In this document: in pieces, positions 10,352-21,126 of the stretch | Layout of the letters: each line of letters starts with the position of its first letter | Numbering within the stretch: the first letter of the stretch is position 1 | DNA from: Chloropicon primus | Lineage: Eukaryota | Direction of reading: 5' to 3' | Length of the DNA: 64,000 nt | Assembly (NCBI GenBank): GCA_023205875.1 | Contig: CP060765.1 | Location: forward strand, 496,001-560,000 | Translations under genes and position numbers: made by a program | Notes under the pieces: model-generated | Seen by the model: only the letters and a program-made list of their open reading frames with translations | What the model was told of the DNA's origin: nothing | Databases searched by the model: none

Positions 10352-11890
10352 ATGGCGGAGGATGACTTCAAGGGTATGTTCGACTCGGACTCCGAGGAGG
10401 AGGACTTGGGGCCTGCCAAGGGGAAGGAGGCCGAGGCGGTGGCGGGTCTCTCCAGCGAGGACGAGGGCGAGGACGATGCAGGCGGTGAAGCAGAAAAGGC
10501 GGAGAATCGGGAGGAGGAGTTCCAGGCTATGTTTGGGGACAGCGACAGCGAGGAGGAGGACGAAGCCAAGGAGGATGAGTCGAAGAAGGCCGCGGCGAGC
10601 GTGAAGAAAAAGTTGAGGTGAGTGGACGAGCGCGACGTTGGTTGCTTTGGAAGACGATCAAACTTGTTTTCGCGGCACGAGACCTAACAGCAGTTACCCC
10701 CTTCTCCTTTCTCTCTCTCCCACGTTTCGCTCGAGTGCAGCCGCTTGTCGAAGAAGGCAGCGAAGAAGGGCAAGGCGCCGGCCAAGGGAAAAGGCAAAGC
10801 CACGAAGAGGCAGGTGGACGCCGAGAAGAGGAAAGAGGCGGAGAGACAGAAAGAGAAAGAGAAAGATAAGGACAGAGACCTGTTTGCCCAGTTTGACAGC
10901 GAGGATGACGAGGAGGGCGAAGCCACCAAGGACGACAAGGCCTTCATCGAGGATGACAACCTCTTTGCAAGTAGTGACGACGAAGACGAGAGGCCAGGCG
11001 ATGCTGGACAACAGCCGCAGGCGGAGGAGGCAAGCGAGGGGGAGGACGAGGACTTGCTGGAAATCGATGCCAAGATCAAGAACAGGGCTTCTTTGAGGAG
11101 AAAGAGGAAGGAGATGGATCCGCAGGAGAAGCAGCACATATGCCGCAACATACTGTCGAGGATGGAGGCCGCGTACGACGCGGACAACGAGGCCGTGAAG
11201 CAGCAGAAGCCGGCCATCCACAAGCTCAAGCTCCTCAAGGAGGTCGAAAGCATCTTGATTCAGAGGCACATGAGGGAGACTCTGTTGTACGAGAGCGCCC
11301 TCACCGTGATGGCGACCTGGCTGAACCCGCTTCCAGACATGACGCTCCCGAACGTGAAGATCAGGACGACTCTGCTGAGGCTGCTCCAGGGCATGAAGAT
11401 CAGGGCCGCGGACGATACGCTGGACCTGCTGCAGAAGAGCAAAATTGCGAGGATCGTGATGTTCCTCTCAAAAGTGTCTGACGAGATTCCGGAGAACAAG
11501 AAGATCGCGAGCAAACTGTGCCAGGACTGGACGAGCGACATCTTGAGGAGGGACCTGCCGAGCGGGCCCAGCAACAGGTTGAGCGAGGAGATCACCCAAA
11601 ACAGGACGACGCCCGGCGCCGGGAAGAACAAGAAGAGGTCGAGACCAGACTTCCAAGGGCTCAAGCTCAAGAAGGGCGAGAAGGAGAAGGACGACAGGAT
11701 TAGGGCGTACAGGCCTCAGCCTTCGCAGATGGATTTCCAAATCCAGCCCGCGTCTACGGTTAACCATGGGAAGGCCCAGAAGGAGACGGAGAAGGCTTCG
11801 GACAGAAGGTTCAGGGAAAAGTTCGCGAAGAAACAGAACAAGTCGTTCGCCCGGACAACGAAAATGTCGATCGAGGGGCGAGGGCTTTGA
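10352..11890 (+). CDS. IWS1: IWS1/Spn1 transcription elongation factor (TFIIS N-terminal domain)
   Basis: join(10352..10617,10741..11890), intron GTGAGT...CTAAC...GCAG, frame preserved. Acidic N-terminus, then MEAAYDADNEA..QKPAIHKLKLL and WLNPLPDMTLPNVKIRT. Confidence 0.92.
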
Positions 11891-11978
11891 GTCTCTCTCT
11901 CGTGTGTTGTATCATAAAACTTCCGAACTCATGTACTCTTGACTTTAGGAAACGCCAACTACCGTCATGAGATAGATA

Positions 11979-13805
11979 TCACGCGTTGGCGATCTCAGAC
12001 TCGATTTTGCTTGCTTGCGCCAACTTGCCCGCTTCATCCACAATCTTCGAGGCGCACAACCTGCCAGAAAGCGTTGCTCCCTCCATGCTATCGATGTAAT
12101 CCTGCTTCGTGTAGCTTCCCGCGAGGAAGAAGTTGTCTATCGGGGTCTTCTGGTCAGGCCTGAACACGTCCAAGCCGGGCTCCTCCTTGTACAAGCTTTG
12201 GGCAATCTTCACAACAGAGCTCCAGAGAAGTTTTGACTTCCTGGCCGAGGGGAACAGCTTCCTCACTTGCTCGTCCGTGTACTTGACGATCTCCTCCTTT
12301 GGCATCTTGAAGTAGTTCCTGCCGCTTACGGCCCCCTTCTGCGGCGGCGTGATGACGCACTGCATCAGAGACCCTTCTCCTTCCTTGTAGTAGTCCCATG
12401 GGGAAACCAGGGCCAGGTCCGCGAAGCAGGAGAAGTCTGCGTCAGCAGAGTAAAGGAGGTTGTCTATTCCCCTCGCCTCCTTGCCCTTGCTGTTCTCGAC
12501 TTGCATCTCCGTCACCCAGTTGTCGTACCTCAGCTGCACGGTGATCACGGGAACGCCGACAAGCTTCTCGATGTCACCAAACTGCTTCATGGAATCCTTC
12601 CATGGCTGCGGGATGAGCTTCTTGGCCCCGGGCACGTCCAAGGCAGCCACGTAGGCGTCGGCCTGGACCACCTTCGTGCCGCCGATCCTCAGGCCGTTCA
12701 CCACGGTCTTTCCCGTCTTCTCGTCCGTGTCATACAAGATTTCTCTACACCCCGTCTTCAAGTGGATCCTCCCCCCCTTCTTCTCGACGTACTCCACAAT
12801 GGGCTTGGTGAGGTAGTCGTTCGGGGACCCCGCGAGCATCCTTAGGACGGAAGCGTCCGTCTTGGTCGCGAAGAACTGGAAGATGGTGAGCATGCACCTC
12901 GCGGAGATGTCGTTGCAATCGATGAACCCCAGGGCGTACGCGATGGGGTTCCACATCCTTTCGATGGATCCCATCGACCCGCCTTTCGAGGTGAACCAGT
13001 CCGTGAAGGAGATGTCGTCGAGCTTTCTGATGTCCTCCATGCCGCCCTCCGGGTCCACGAGCGCCCTGACGATGGGCGAGGTTCCCAGAGCCAGGGCGTT
13101 GGCGGCCTTGTCGGCCACGGAGAGCTGGGGGGTCGTGAAGAAGGCTTTCAGGCCGTGGAACGGCGCCCCGATCTTGGTGTCGTTCAAGAAAAATCGGAAG
13201 TCGAGCTCCCTGACGTCCCCGTCCTCGTTGCAGAAGGTGTGTGTGTGATCTTTCAGGAGCAGGTTGTTCAAGCCGCCTGTCTTGGCCATCAGTCGAAACA
13301 GGTTGAAGTAGCACCCGAAGAAGACGTGCAGGCCCATCTCGATGTGGTTCCCGTCCCTGTCCTTGTAGGAAGCCACCTTCCCGCCATACCACGGCCTCGC
13401 CTCGTAGATGTCGACCTCGTGGCCCTGGTCGAGCAGCTCCACCGCGGTGCTCAGCCCAGCGAGCCCTCCGCCAACGATGGCGACCTTCACCTTGGGCGAG
13501 CCCGGCGCTGGTTTCTTCGGCTCCTCCGGAAACAGAGACTTCAGGGGCGCGTCCCTCGGACCCACGTCCTTGCCAGCAATGGTCGGGTTCGCTATCGCTC
13601 CGCACTCGGCGCTGCGCACGCCAACGCGGCGGTTGGCCCCCCTCGCGGCCAGGAGGGTCTTCTTGTCGTCGTGCCCACCCTTCGCCCTCGCCCTCGTCGC
13701 CAGCCTCCTCGCGACCGTACGCGTCCCGGGAGCGGCGGACGCTGCCGCACTGCTGCAAGCCTCCTTGCTCGTGAACCCCCTCATCCCTCTGCCACAACCC
13801 TTCAT
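11979..13805 (-). CDS. ZDS: Zeta-carotene desaturase, chloroplastic
   Basis: Transit-peptide-like N-terminus. [49 protein letters not shown] and [22 protein letters not shown]. Confidence 0.96.
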   Translation of the reverse strand: MKGCGRGMRGFTSKEACSSAAASAAPGTRTVARRLATRARAKGGHDDKKTLLAARGANRRVGVRSAECGAIANPTIAGKDVGPRDAPLKSLFPEEPKKPAPGSPKVKVAIVGGGLAGLSTAVELLDQGHEVDIYEARPWYGGKVASYKDRDGNHIEMGLHVFFGCYFNLFRLMAKTGGLNNLLLKDHTHTFCNEDGDVRELDFRFFLNDTKIGAPFHGLKAFFTTPQLSVADKAANALALGTSPIVRALVDPEGGMEDIRKLDDISFTDWFTSKGGSMGSIERMWNPIAYALGFIDCNDISARCMLTIFQFFATKTDASVLRMLAGSPNDYLTKPIVEYVEKKGGRIHLKTGCREILYDTDEKTGKTVVNGLRIGGTKVVQADAYVAALDVPGAKKLIPQPWKDSMKQFGDIEKLVGVPVITVQLRYDNWVTEMQVENSKGKEARGIDNLLYSADADFSCFADLALVSPWDYYKEGEGSLMQCVITPPQKGAVSGRNYFKMPKEEIVKYTDEQVRKLFPSARKSKLLWSSVVKIAQSLYKEEPGLDVFRPDQKTPIDNFFLAGSYTKQDYIDSMEGATLSGRLCASKIVDEAGKLAQASKIESEIANA

Positions 13806-14596
13806 CGGCTCGCCCAAGTACCCCTCTCTACCGTCCACGCCCTCGCTCCGGCCCTTTTCTCCGCCGAAACCCCGTCAAATCAGGTCGTGCAACACACCAA
13901 TCGAAAGAGCGTGAGACGCACTACCTCGTCGTGTCACTCTCCTTCCCCGTTGTTTCCCTCCCCGGACGCAAGAACCTCTCAAAGTCCACCGACTCCCTCG
14001 AGCCCTCTCCCCTTCAATCTTGTGGTTCTGGATAATCCTTTGAGGATAAAACGGATAAAGCTCAAATTTGAAAAAGTTTTTTTTCCAAGTTTTTGCTTGG
14101 TTGTTCGAGGAGGGCCTCGAGGGGAGAAGCGATTGATTGTGAAGTCCGGGACGAGGTCCAGGGCCAGGACAGGGCGTGAGGAAGTCGCGAGGGAGTCCAA
14201 AGTCTCCTCTGCACTTGGATTCCCTTCCAACATTGCCGAGGAGACCCACCAAGTTTGAAATCTTGGGACCCACAGAGGAGAGGGAGGTGGGCGTCCCTCA
14301 GGACCCAGGGCGACCTTCGGGGGGGGTGGACCCACTGCGGAGGGCCAGGGACCTGAGAGAGAGGATTGTCGGTGAAGTTGCCGTGCACACCGACATCTTT
14401 TTCGGGACAGAGGCGGAGGGGGTCTCGGTTGATTGGCCGTGAGGGGAGACGCCAGGAGAGAGGTTCAGCCACGGTGTGACACTGTTGAAGCATTGTTTGG
14501 ACTTGACTTCTGAAGGAGGAGTGTGACTGCGACGTCCTCGCCGAAGGATATGACAGACTCGCCCGCGGAGTTCTGAGCAGCAGAAGCACAAGGGAG

Positions 14597-14913
14597 ATGT
14601 ACCAACCGAGCTCGAGGGGGGGCGGTCCCACGGCCTCAGCAGCCTTCGGGGGAGGAAGCTTCGTACCAAAGCGATACGCAATCACGACCAACCCGCCCAC
14701 GCTGGTCTTGGAGTACGGGGACAACACGCTGGGCCTTCTCCGGACTCGAAAGGTAACTCCAAGCCCCAGTCTTGTGACCTTCCCAAAAGCTTGAAAATGG
14801 TTTTAGGCTGACCACCCTGTTTGCCTTCGCGCTCCAGTTCCGCCTCAAGAAGATCGCTTCCAGTGAGGGCCTGGAGTCCACCGCAGATGAGGTACGTCAA
14901 GCCTTGCGTGCGA

Positions 14914-14956
<43 letters not shown>

Positions 14957-15444
14957 CCTCGGTTGTTCTCGTTTGGCTGACGTTCTCGTTCTCAGATTAT
15001 TCGCAGGTTCCCGTCCAAAATAAGCAGGAGCTTAGTCTCCAGGAGCCAGGTGAGTGGAGCACAACACGAGACAACACGACACGACACGACACGACACGAC
15101 ACGAGAAGAGATGAGGCACCTTGCCTTTTGTGAGCAATGACGGTCTCGCTGACCGACGCGGTTGACGAACGTTTCAGCTCCTCAGGTTGTTGGGGCAGTT
15201 GAAGGACAAGGTGAAGACGGGCAATGAGGCGTTGCGCGTGGACGAGGACCTCAACAAGTACACGACCGAGGAGCTCGACGCGATGAAGGACAGAATGAAC
15301 GAGAAGTTCATGGAGAACGCAAAGAGGCCGGGCGACGAGGGTTACGTATACGATAAGCAAGTGGACTTTGGCCAGCCAACAGAAGACAACGATTGGGATT
15401 CCACAGACGAGGAGGACGAGGACGAGGACCTCCCATTACCTTGA
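14597..15444 (+). CDS. CEP19: CEP19-like centriolar/ciliary protein (4 exons)
   Basis: join(14597..14752,14838..14891,14996..15049,15178..15444), all phase-0 GT-AG introns. KRYAITTNPPTLVLEY and EDLNKYTTEELDAMKDRMNEKFMENAKRPGDEGYVYDKQVDF..WD match CEP19. Confidence 0.85.
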
Positions 15445-15520
15445 AGGAGCGGTTGAGAGACCACATTGCGCGCTAAGCTTTTCTTCTATGTTACACACGA
15501 GTAATGAACTTTTTTTTGTC

Positions 15521-16074
15521 TCACTGCTTCAAGCGTTGAAGCTGGTCGTTCCCTTCGGCCTTGAGCAGCTCGTTCAGCGACCGACTCACGGCGTACCTCA
15601 GCTTGTGGAATTGCTCCAAGGTGACCTGATCCAAAGGAAGAAGAGAAGTTTGCGTTGTCAGCTCCCGACGACTGCGAGAACAAAGCTCGCACGTGCTCGT
15701 GTGCAGGTGTTTCGGCTTTGCCTTCCTTCGTACTCACTTCAAACATCTCGTGCTCGCCTTTGCTCGTCTCGACACTCATCAGCAAGTAAGGCTTCAGAAC
15801 CCTCCTCGTTTGATTCGTGGAGAGCGTCACGTCCACTCGCCACCTGCCCCAAGTCCAACAAAACACCCCAATGCAATGCTCTCGGTGTGTCAGTGTCTCT
15901 CCATCAAGCCAAGCCCACTGCAAACCATGAGGAAAGAAAACCGAGTCAAGAGAACGAGAACGAGGGAAGACATGGCCAAGACGAATGCTAGGAGTCGAGG
16001 GATCGAGGGACTCACCTCAAAGACTTGAGGTTTGGGTACCCCGGTGCCACTTTGGCCTCCTCTCCTCGACTCAT
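15521..16074 (-). CDS. COMM-domain protein (COMMD5-like domain, 89 aa, 3 exons)
   Basis: complement(join(15521..15625,15738..15843,16016..16074)). The spliced product YPNLKSLRWRVDVTLSTNQTRRVLKPYLLMSVETSKGEHEMFEVTLEQFHKLRYAVSRSL is the COMM signature. TGTAA lies downstream. Confidence 0.85.
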
Positions 16075-16316
16075 GATGATGTGAACTGTCTTGTCCTTGG
16101 GATCAATGCACTGACTGGGGGGCGAAGCGGTTCGGAACCGAAGCAACGCGCGAGAACGAGAACGTCGGAGACGGCGTCGTGGCGGAAGGGAAGGAAAATA
16201 AAGCTCGACCAGACGAAAGATCGCTTCAAGGGCTTTCGTTTGTTACCTTGGTCGAGTGATTTGGCGTAGAATCAGCTTGACGAGAGTGGGTTGAAGGGAG
16301 GGGGACTGGCGCCAGG

Positions 16317-17768
16317 ATGCTTTACCTTGGGGTGGACATCGGGACGCAGGGGGCCAAGGCGGTGGTGTTCGACCTCAAGGCGAAGAGGGTGGTGGCCCGG
16401 GGCGCCAAGCAGTATGGTCTCCTGACGGGTCGGCCAGGTCTGGCGGAGCAGGACCCGAAGGACTGGATTTCCGGAGGAAGAAGCGCAATACAGGATGCAG
16501 TGTCAGGTCTGCAGGACGAGGAACGGGAGAGGATCTGCGCCATAGGCGTCTCCGGGCAGCAGCACGGCCTCGTCGTCCTGGACGAGAACAAAGAAGTGGT
16601 GAGGCCGGCGAAGTTGTGGTGCGACACCGAGTCGAGCCGGGAAGCGGAGGAGCTCGGCGAGGCTTTGGGCTGGAAGCTGGGCCCAGCATTCACGGGCACC
16701 AAGGTGATGTGGCTGAAGAGGAACGAGCCCGAGAACTGGCAGAGGGTGAGGCACGTGCTGATGCCCAAGGATTATTTCAACTATTGGCTGACCGGAGAGA
16801 TCGCCACCGAAGCAAGCGACCAGAGTGGAAGCGCATTTTTCGATCCTGTGAACAAGACTTGGGACGAGAGAGCGTTGGAGTTCATCGGTTTGCCTGCGGC
16901 TTACCTCCCAAAGCTTGTGGCGCCGATCGAAAAGGTCGGAACGATCAGGGAAGCGGTTGCGGAGGCTCTCCGTCTTCCGGCAAGCGTGGTTGTGAGCCCT
17001 GGAGGAGGGGACAACGCCTGCAGCGCCTTGGCCGCGGGGGCAGTTGCGGACGGAACCATGGTCATGAGTCTGGGGACTTCTGGGACTCTCTTCGGCTACT
17101 CGAGCAAACCGGTATTGGACAAGACGGGGATGATCTGCCCTTTCTGCGATGCCACGGGGGCGTACTTGCCTTTGGTGTGCACGTTGAACTGCACCGAGGT
17201 GCCCGAGGATGTCAGGGCGATGATCGACGAGAAGGTGACGAGGGAGGAGCTGACGAAGCTCGCGTCTGAGGTTCCGGCAGGGTGCTCAGGGGTGAGCTAC
17301 ATCCCGTATCTCCGGGGGGAGAGGACGCCCAATTTGCCAGGAGCGGCGGGTGCGATCGTGGGGCTTCGGTACGGCATGCTGAAAAATGCTGGGCTCTTGT
17401 ACAGAGCCGCCATCGAGGGCGTGACGTTCAGTTTGCTGGCCGGAGTGAACGCCATGAAGAATTTCGGTGTTTCGGACCTGAAGGAGCTGAGGGTGGTGGG
17501 CGGTGGAGCTGCGAACGCACTGTGGTGTCAGATCATCGCCAGCTCCTTCGGCGTGCCGGTGAAGCTGATCGAAGAGAGCGAAACGGCGGCGCTTGGGGCG
17601 GCGCTGCAAGCGGGCGCGGTCCACGGAGGCGAAGGGGACATCGCAAGATTCGTGTCCGAGCACGGCCCACCGACGGGGGGGACGATCCAGCCAGAAAGCA
17701 AGGACGCGCGTCTCTACGGGGAGGCATACGAGAGGCACTTGGCGGTCGGCGGCAGGCTCTTCGGCTAA
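16317..17768 (+). CDS. xylB: D-xylulose kinase, FGGY family (bacterial XylB type)
   Basis: LGVDIGTQG, GVSGQQHGLV, RPAKLWCD, GGGDN, SLGTSGT, PYLRGERTP and VVGGGA. Intronless, with no transit peptide. Confidence 0.9.
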   Translation: MLYLGVDIGTQGAKAVVFDLKAKRVVARGAKQYGLLTGRPGLAEQDPKDWISGGRSAIQDAVSGLQDEERERICAIGVSGQQHGLVVLDENKEVVRPAKLWCDTESSREAEELGEALGWKLGPAFTGTKVMWLKRNEPENWQRVRHVLMPKDYFNYWLTGEIATEASDQSGSAFFDPVNKTWDERALEFIGLPAAYLPKLVAPIEKVGTIREAVAEALRLPASVVVSPGGGDNACSALAAGAVADGTMVMSLGTSGTLFGYSSKPVLDKTGMICPFCDATGAYLPLVCTLNCTEVPEDVRAMIDEKVTREELTKLASEVPAGCSGVSYIPYLRGERTPNLPGAAGAIVGLRYGMLKNAGLLYRAAIEGVTFSLLAGVNAMKNFGVSDLKELRVVGGGAANALWCQIIASSFGVPVKLIEESETAALGAALQAGAVHGGEGDIARFVSEHGPPTGGTIQPESKDARLYGEAYERHLAVGGRLFG

Positions 17769-17832
17769 CAACGAATGGTGATCTCACGTGACGACGCGCT
17801 CAAAAGTATCAAAAGTCGTATAAATATGTCCC

Positions 17833-18762
17833 TTAGGCTTCGTAGACCCTCTTGTAAGGGGAGGGCTCTCTGCAGATGGGGCACTTTCCGTTCGTCTTGG
17901 AAGCGCAAGCGTAGCACATGCACATGTGCCCGCAATTGGTGAAGACCGTGTCGTACTTGTTCTCCATGCAAGCCACGCATGTCTTCTCCGTGGTCTTCTC
18001 CTCCTCCTCCTCCTCTTCCCCGCCCCCTTCCCTCTTCTTGCGAATGGCGTCCCTGAACTGCTTCTTCCTCCACTCCACCATGACGGCCTTGAACAACTTC
18101 CTGCCGATGAGGTACGAACCGAGGCACGTGAAGCCGAGGCCGACGTACAGCCAGCGCTTGGACGAGCGCGAGAGGGACTGGATGAGCTCCGGCATGGTCT
18201 GGGTCGTGATATAGAAGGGCCCCCTTATCGGCCTCTGCAGAACGTAGTCATTGGTCGACCCGGACCAGCTCGAGGCGGGGGAGCTCGACACCTGCTTGCT
18301 CACTTCCCCGACGCACGTCACCGTTGTCCCCAAGGGAAGAATCCCCTCCGACTTTTCCGTTCCAATCTTCTTGACACCCTGCCAAAAGTCCGCCCCTGCC
18401 TTGATCAGGTTGGCGGCAATCGAGATGTCGCTCCCGTCGGACCCCGCCGCGCTCGAGCCCTCCGACTCGAACCCGATGAACACCGCCTTCAGCTGCAGCC
18501 CCGTGGCCCCCTTCCCGTCCTTCACGTGGACCTTGGCCTTGCCCCCCCCGTCCTCCAGGTGCCACTGCGTCTCCCTCGTGAAGTCAGTCACCGTGCTGTT
18601 GTCCCTCTTCCACTCCCCCTTGTCGTTCTTCTTCATGAACACCTCCTTGGTGATGCTCCTGTGGATCACCCCGAGGTCCGGCACGTTCTCGCACTTGAGC
18701 GGCGTCTCGCTGCACACCCTCCCGCTCACGGACGCCAGTGAGGACCTTGCTCCCTTCCCGCC

Positions 18763-18799
<37 letters not shown>

Positions 18800-18963
18800 T
18801 CGAGGAGCTTCCCGAGCTCCCACAACCCATTCAAGTGCGGCACGCTCTCCAGCTCCTTGGCCTTCTGTCCCGACCGGTTGCTCAGCCAGTAGAACACCGT
18901 CGAGAAGGCCAAGATCGCCACGCCCGGCCAGGACACGAAGTCGCTCAACACCGCGGGCGCCAT
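17833..18963 (-). CDS. SP1: SP1/MUL1-type membrane RING E3 ligase (GIDE + RING)
   Basis: N-terminal TM, GIDE-like region (EGILPLGTTVTCVGEV, GPFYIT), second TM, then C3HC4 RING CVAC...CGHMCMCYAC...CPIC. Confidence 0.88.
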
Positions 18964-19554
18964 CCTCCTCCTAGCTCATCATCGTCATCATCGAGGATGG
19001 ATGGATGGATGGACGGATGAAAAACGAACCCGAGGACAAGTCAGTCGACTCCAATAAGCGTCATTTTCCTCGTGTGAGGAGTCTACGGAAAGATCAGGAG
19101 ACCCCCCGTCCCGATGAAATGACCTCCTTTACCAAAAGACCCACCTTTCGGTCGGAAACCACCACCGAAGCGCTCCCCTTGTCCCTAGGCCCTCGAGGCT
19201 TCCGTGCCCCCGTTCTGGCGGTGTCCAAGATTCGAGTTTCGGAAAAGTCTTTATCTTTACATTCTTTGATAAAGAAAGGTGTATGTTTCTGCATATGTGT
19301 GAGTATAATGTAGATTTTAATTTCGGGAATGTTATATTTGAAGTGTTTTGGCGGCCCCCGGGGAAAGGCGAAAAGCGGCAGAGGCGGAGAGAACGACGGA
19401 GGGGAGGAGCGCGAGGAGGAGGAGCGAAGGGCGGTTGTGTGGCGCGTGCGTGAGGACCGAGAACGAACGAGGAGGGGACGAAAGAAAACAAAAGTCGAAA
19501 GAGAATACAACAAGATTGTCGTGTCGTGGTTCGTCTGTGTATTGGTTGGAGGTC

Positions 19555-20412
19555 ATGGACGCGTGGGATAGGGAAGCCAAGGCGGAAGCCGAGGCGACTG
19601 CAGCTGCGGAATCTTTGCAGATGATCTATCGAAGCTCGAGGCAGTCGGCGTACGAGAGTGGGGGGAACCTCGCCCAGTCCTCGTTCGAGGATGAGCAACA
19701 CAGTGTGGTGAATATGATGACGACGGGAGGTGGGGAGGGGGCGTTTCTTTCCGTGCAGGACCTGATCCAAGCAGCAATCCAAGCCAACGGGTTGCACGCT
19801 TCCGCGTCGCTGCGTGAGATATACGCGTTCTGCGAGAACAAGACTTTGCTTTACAAACGGAGCGCGAGGAGCAGGCTATTGAGCGAGAACAAGCACTACA
19901 AGAGCCAGATTCGCCACGCGCTGTACAAGGCGGGGAGGTTCGTCCGCAACGCGGACAATCCCGACTTGTGGGAGGTGGAGAAGAAGTGGAGGGGTCAGAG
20001 GGTCAAGCAGCACCAGGTGAGCGAGCGGGTCTCTTTGGCGGGCTACTCGAATTTTTTTTTTCCCGACGCCTCGAAAGCGAATCGACTGACTTTTGTGCGC
20101 TCCCCTCGCTAGCCTGTCGCGGCCACGGAGAAGGAGGACAACCCCACCACGGCGACTTCGCTTGGACTGGGCCAGAGGAAGACGAGGGCGGAGAGGAGGG
20201 GCCAGAGGCAGGCGTACCCCCAGAGCAAACCAAGTGGCGTGATCGACATCCCCGTGAGCACGACACCCAACCCCGCTGTCGTCGCTCAGACTCCAGAAGG
20301 GTCGGAGATGCAGAGCAGTTCGACCCGAGTGAACGCGACGAGCCTGAATGAATCCGCTGCCAACGTCAGTCGAGTGGCCACGCCGCAGCCCATCCAGTAC
20401 CCACCACTGTAA
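19555..20412 (+). CDS. Forkhead-like winged-helix DNA-binding protein (2 exons)
   Basis: join(19555..20016,20113..20412), intron GTGAGC...CTGAC...CTAG, TGTAA at and after the stop. Domain sequence: SVQDLIQAAIQA...SLREIYAF...YKSQIRHALYKAGRFVR...W. Confidence 0.7.
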
Positions 20413-21126
20413 CAACAATTACTAAGGTGTGTTCTAATTGTAATTGATACCCTATTATATTCTTCATCGACCGCCGCGCCCCTCACGTGCGACATCCACC
20501 CCCATGGAGAGAATCTATCGCTCCATCCCCTCGTCATCCACCGCCTCCTGACAGGGTGTCAGGCCAAGAAAAGCAAAGAAGCCTCCGTCGTCGAGACGCT
20601 TCGGAATCTCCAGGTCAGCAGATAGATCCCTACTCTCAAATCGTGGACTGACAAACACGAAAACTCGAAAGCTTCTCTCTCTCTCTCTCCAAAAATGGAC
20701 AACTCCAAGGACAGAGCCCACTCCAAGATCCTGTGCAGGGCAACAGGAAGGAACACAAGGGCGGGTTGAAGGGCAAAGTTTGTCCGCCAGACCCCAAACA
20801 GACTCGGCTGAGACGATCTTGACACCAAAGAACGTCTCGCGAGCATCGCATTGGTGCCTCACTCGAGCCACTTGGGGTGCAGCGTCGTGCGAGCAACGAC
20901 GGGGAGGAAACCAGCAACAACAAGCAACGTGTGGGAAGTGTAGTGCGGCGCCGGAGGTGGGAGCGCGGTTGTGGTGGTGACCTTGCATTGGACGAGAAGG
21001 CCAGGCGACGCCTCTGCTTTGGAGCACCGGGAGTCCCACCCCTCCGCGTTTTGGAGGAAGGGGCCAAGGCAGGACGGGCGGAGTCGGTCGGTTCTCCGGT
21101 GAGATTTTTCCTTTGGCGTCGCGACT

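Noticed and set aside
14062..14596. Short ORFs between ZDS and CEP19
   Set aside because: No ATG-initiated ORF with protein-like motifs. Probably promoter or 5' UTR.
20440..21100. Possible extra gene or exons, including a minus-strand GGGG-TGA-R stretch suggesting a selenoprotein end
   Set aside because: No coherent start, selenoprotein homology or SECIS could be identified. Splice-like signals (~20613-20710) may belong to a UTR. Left unannotated.
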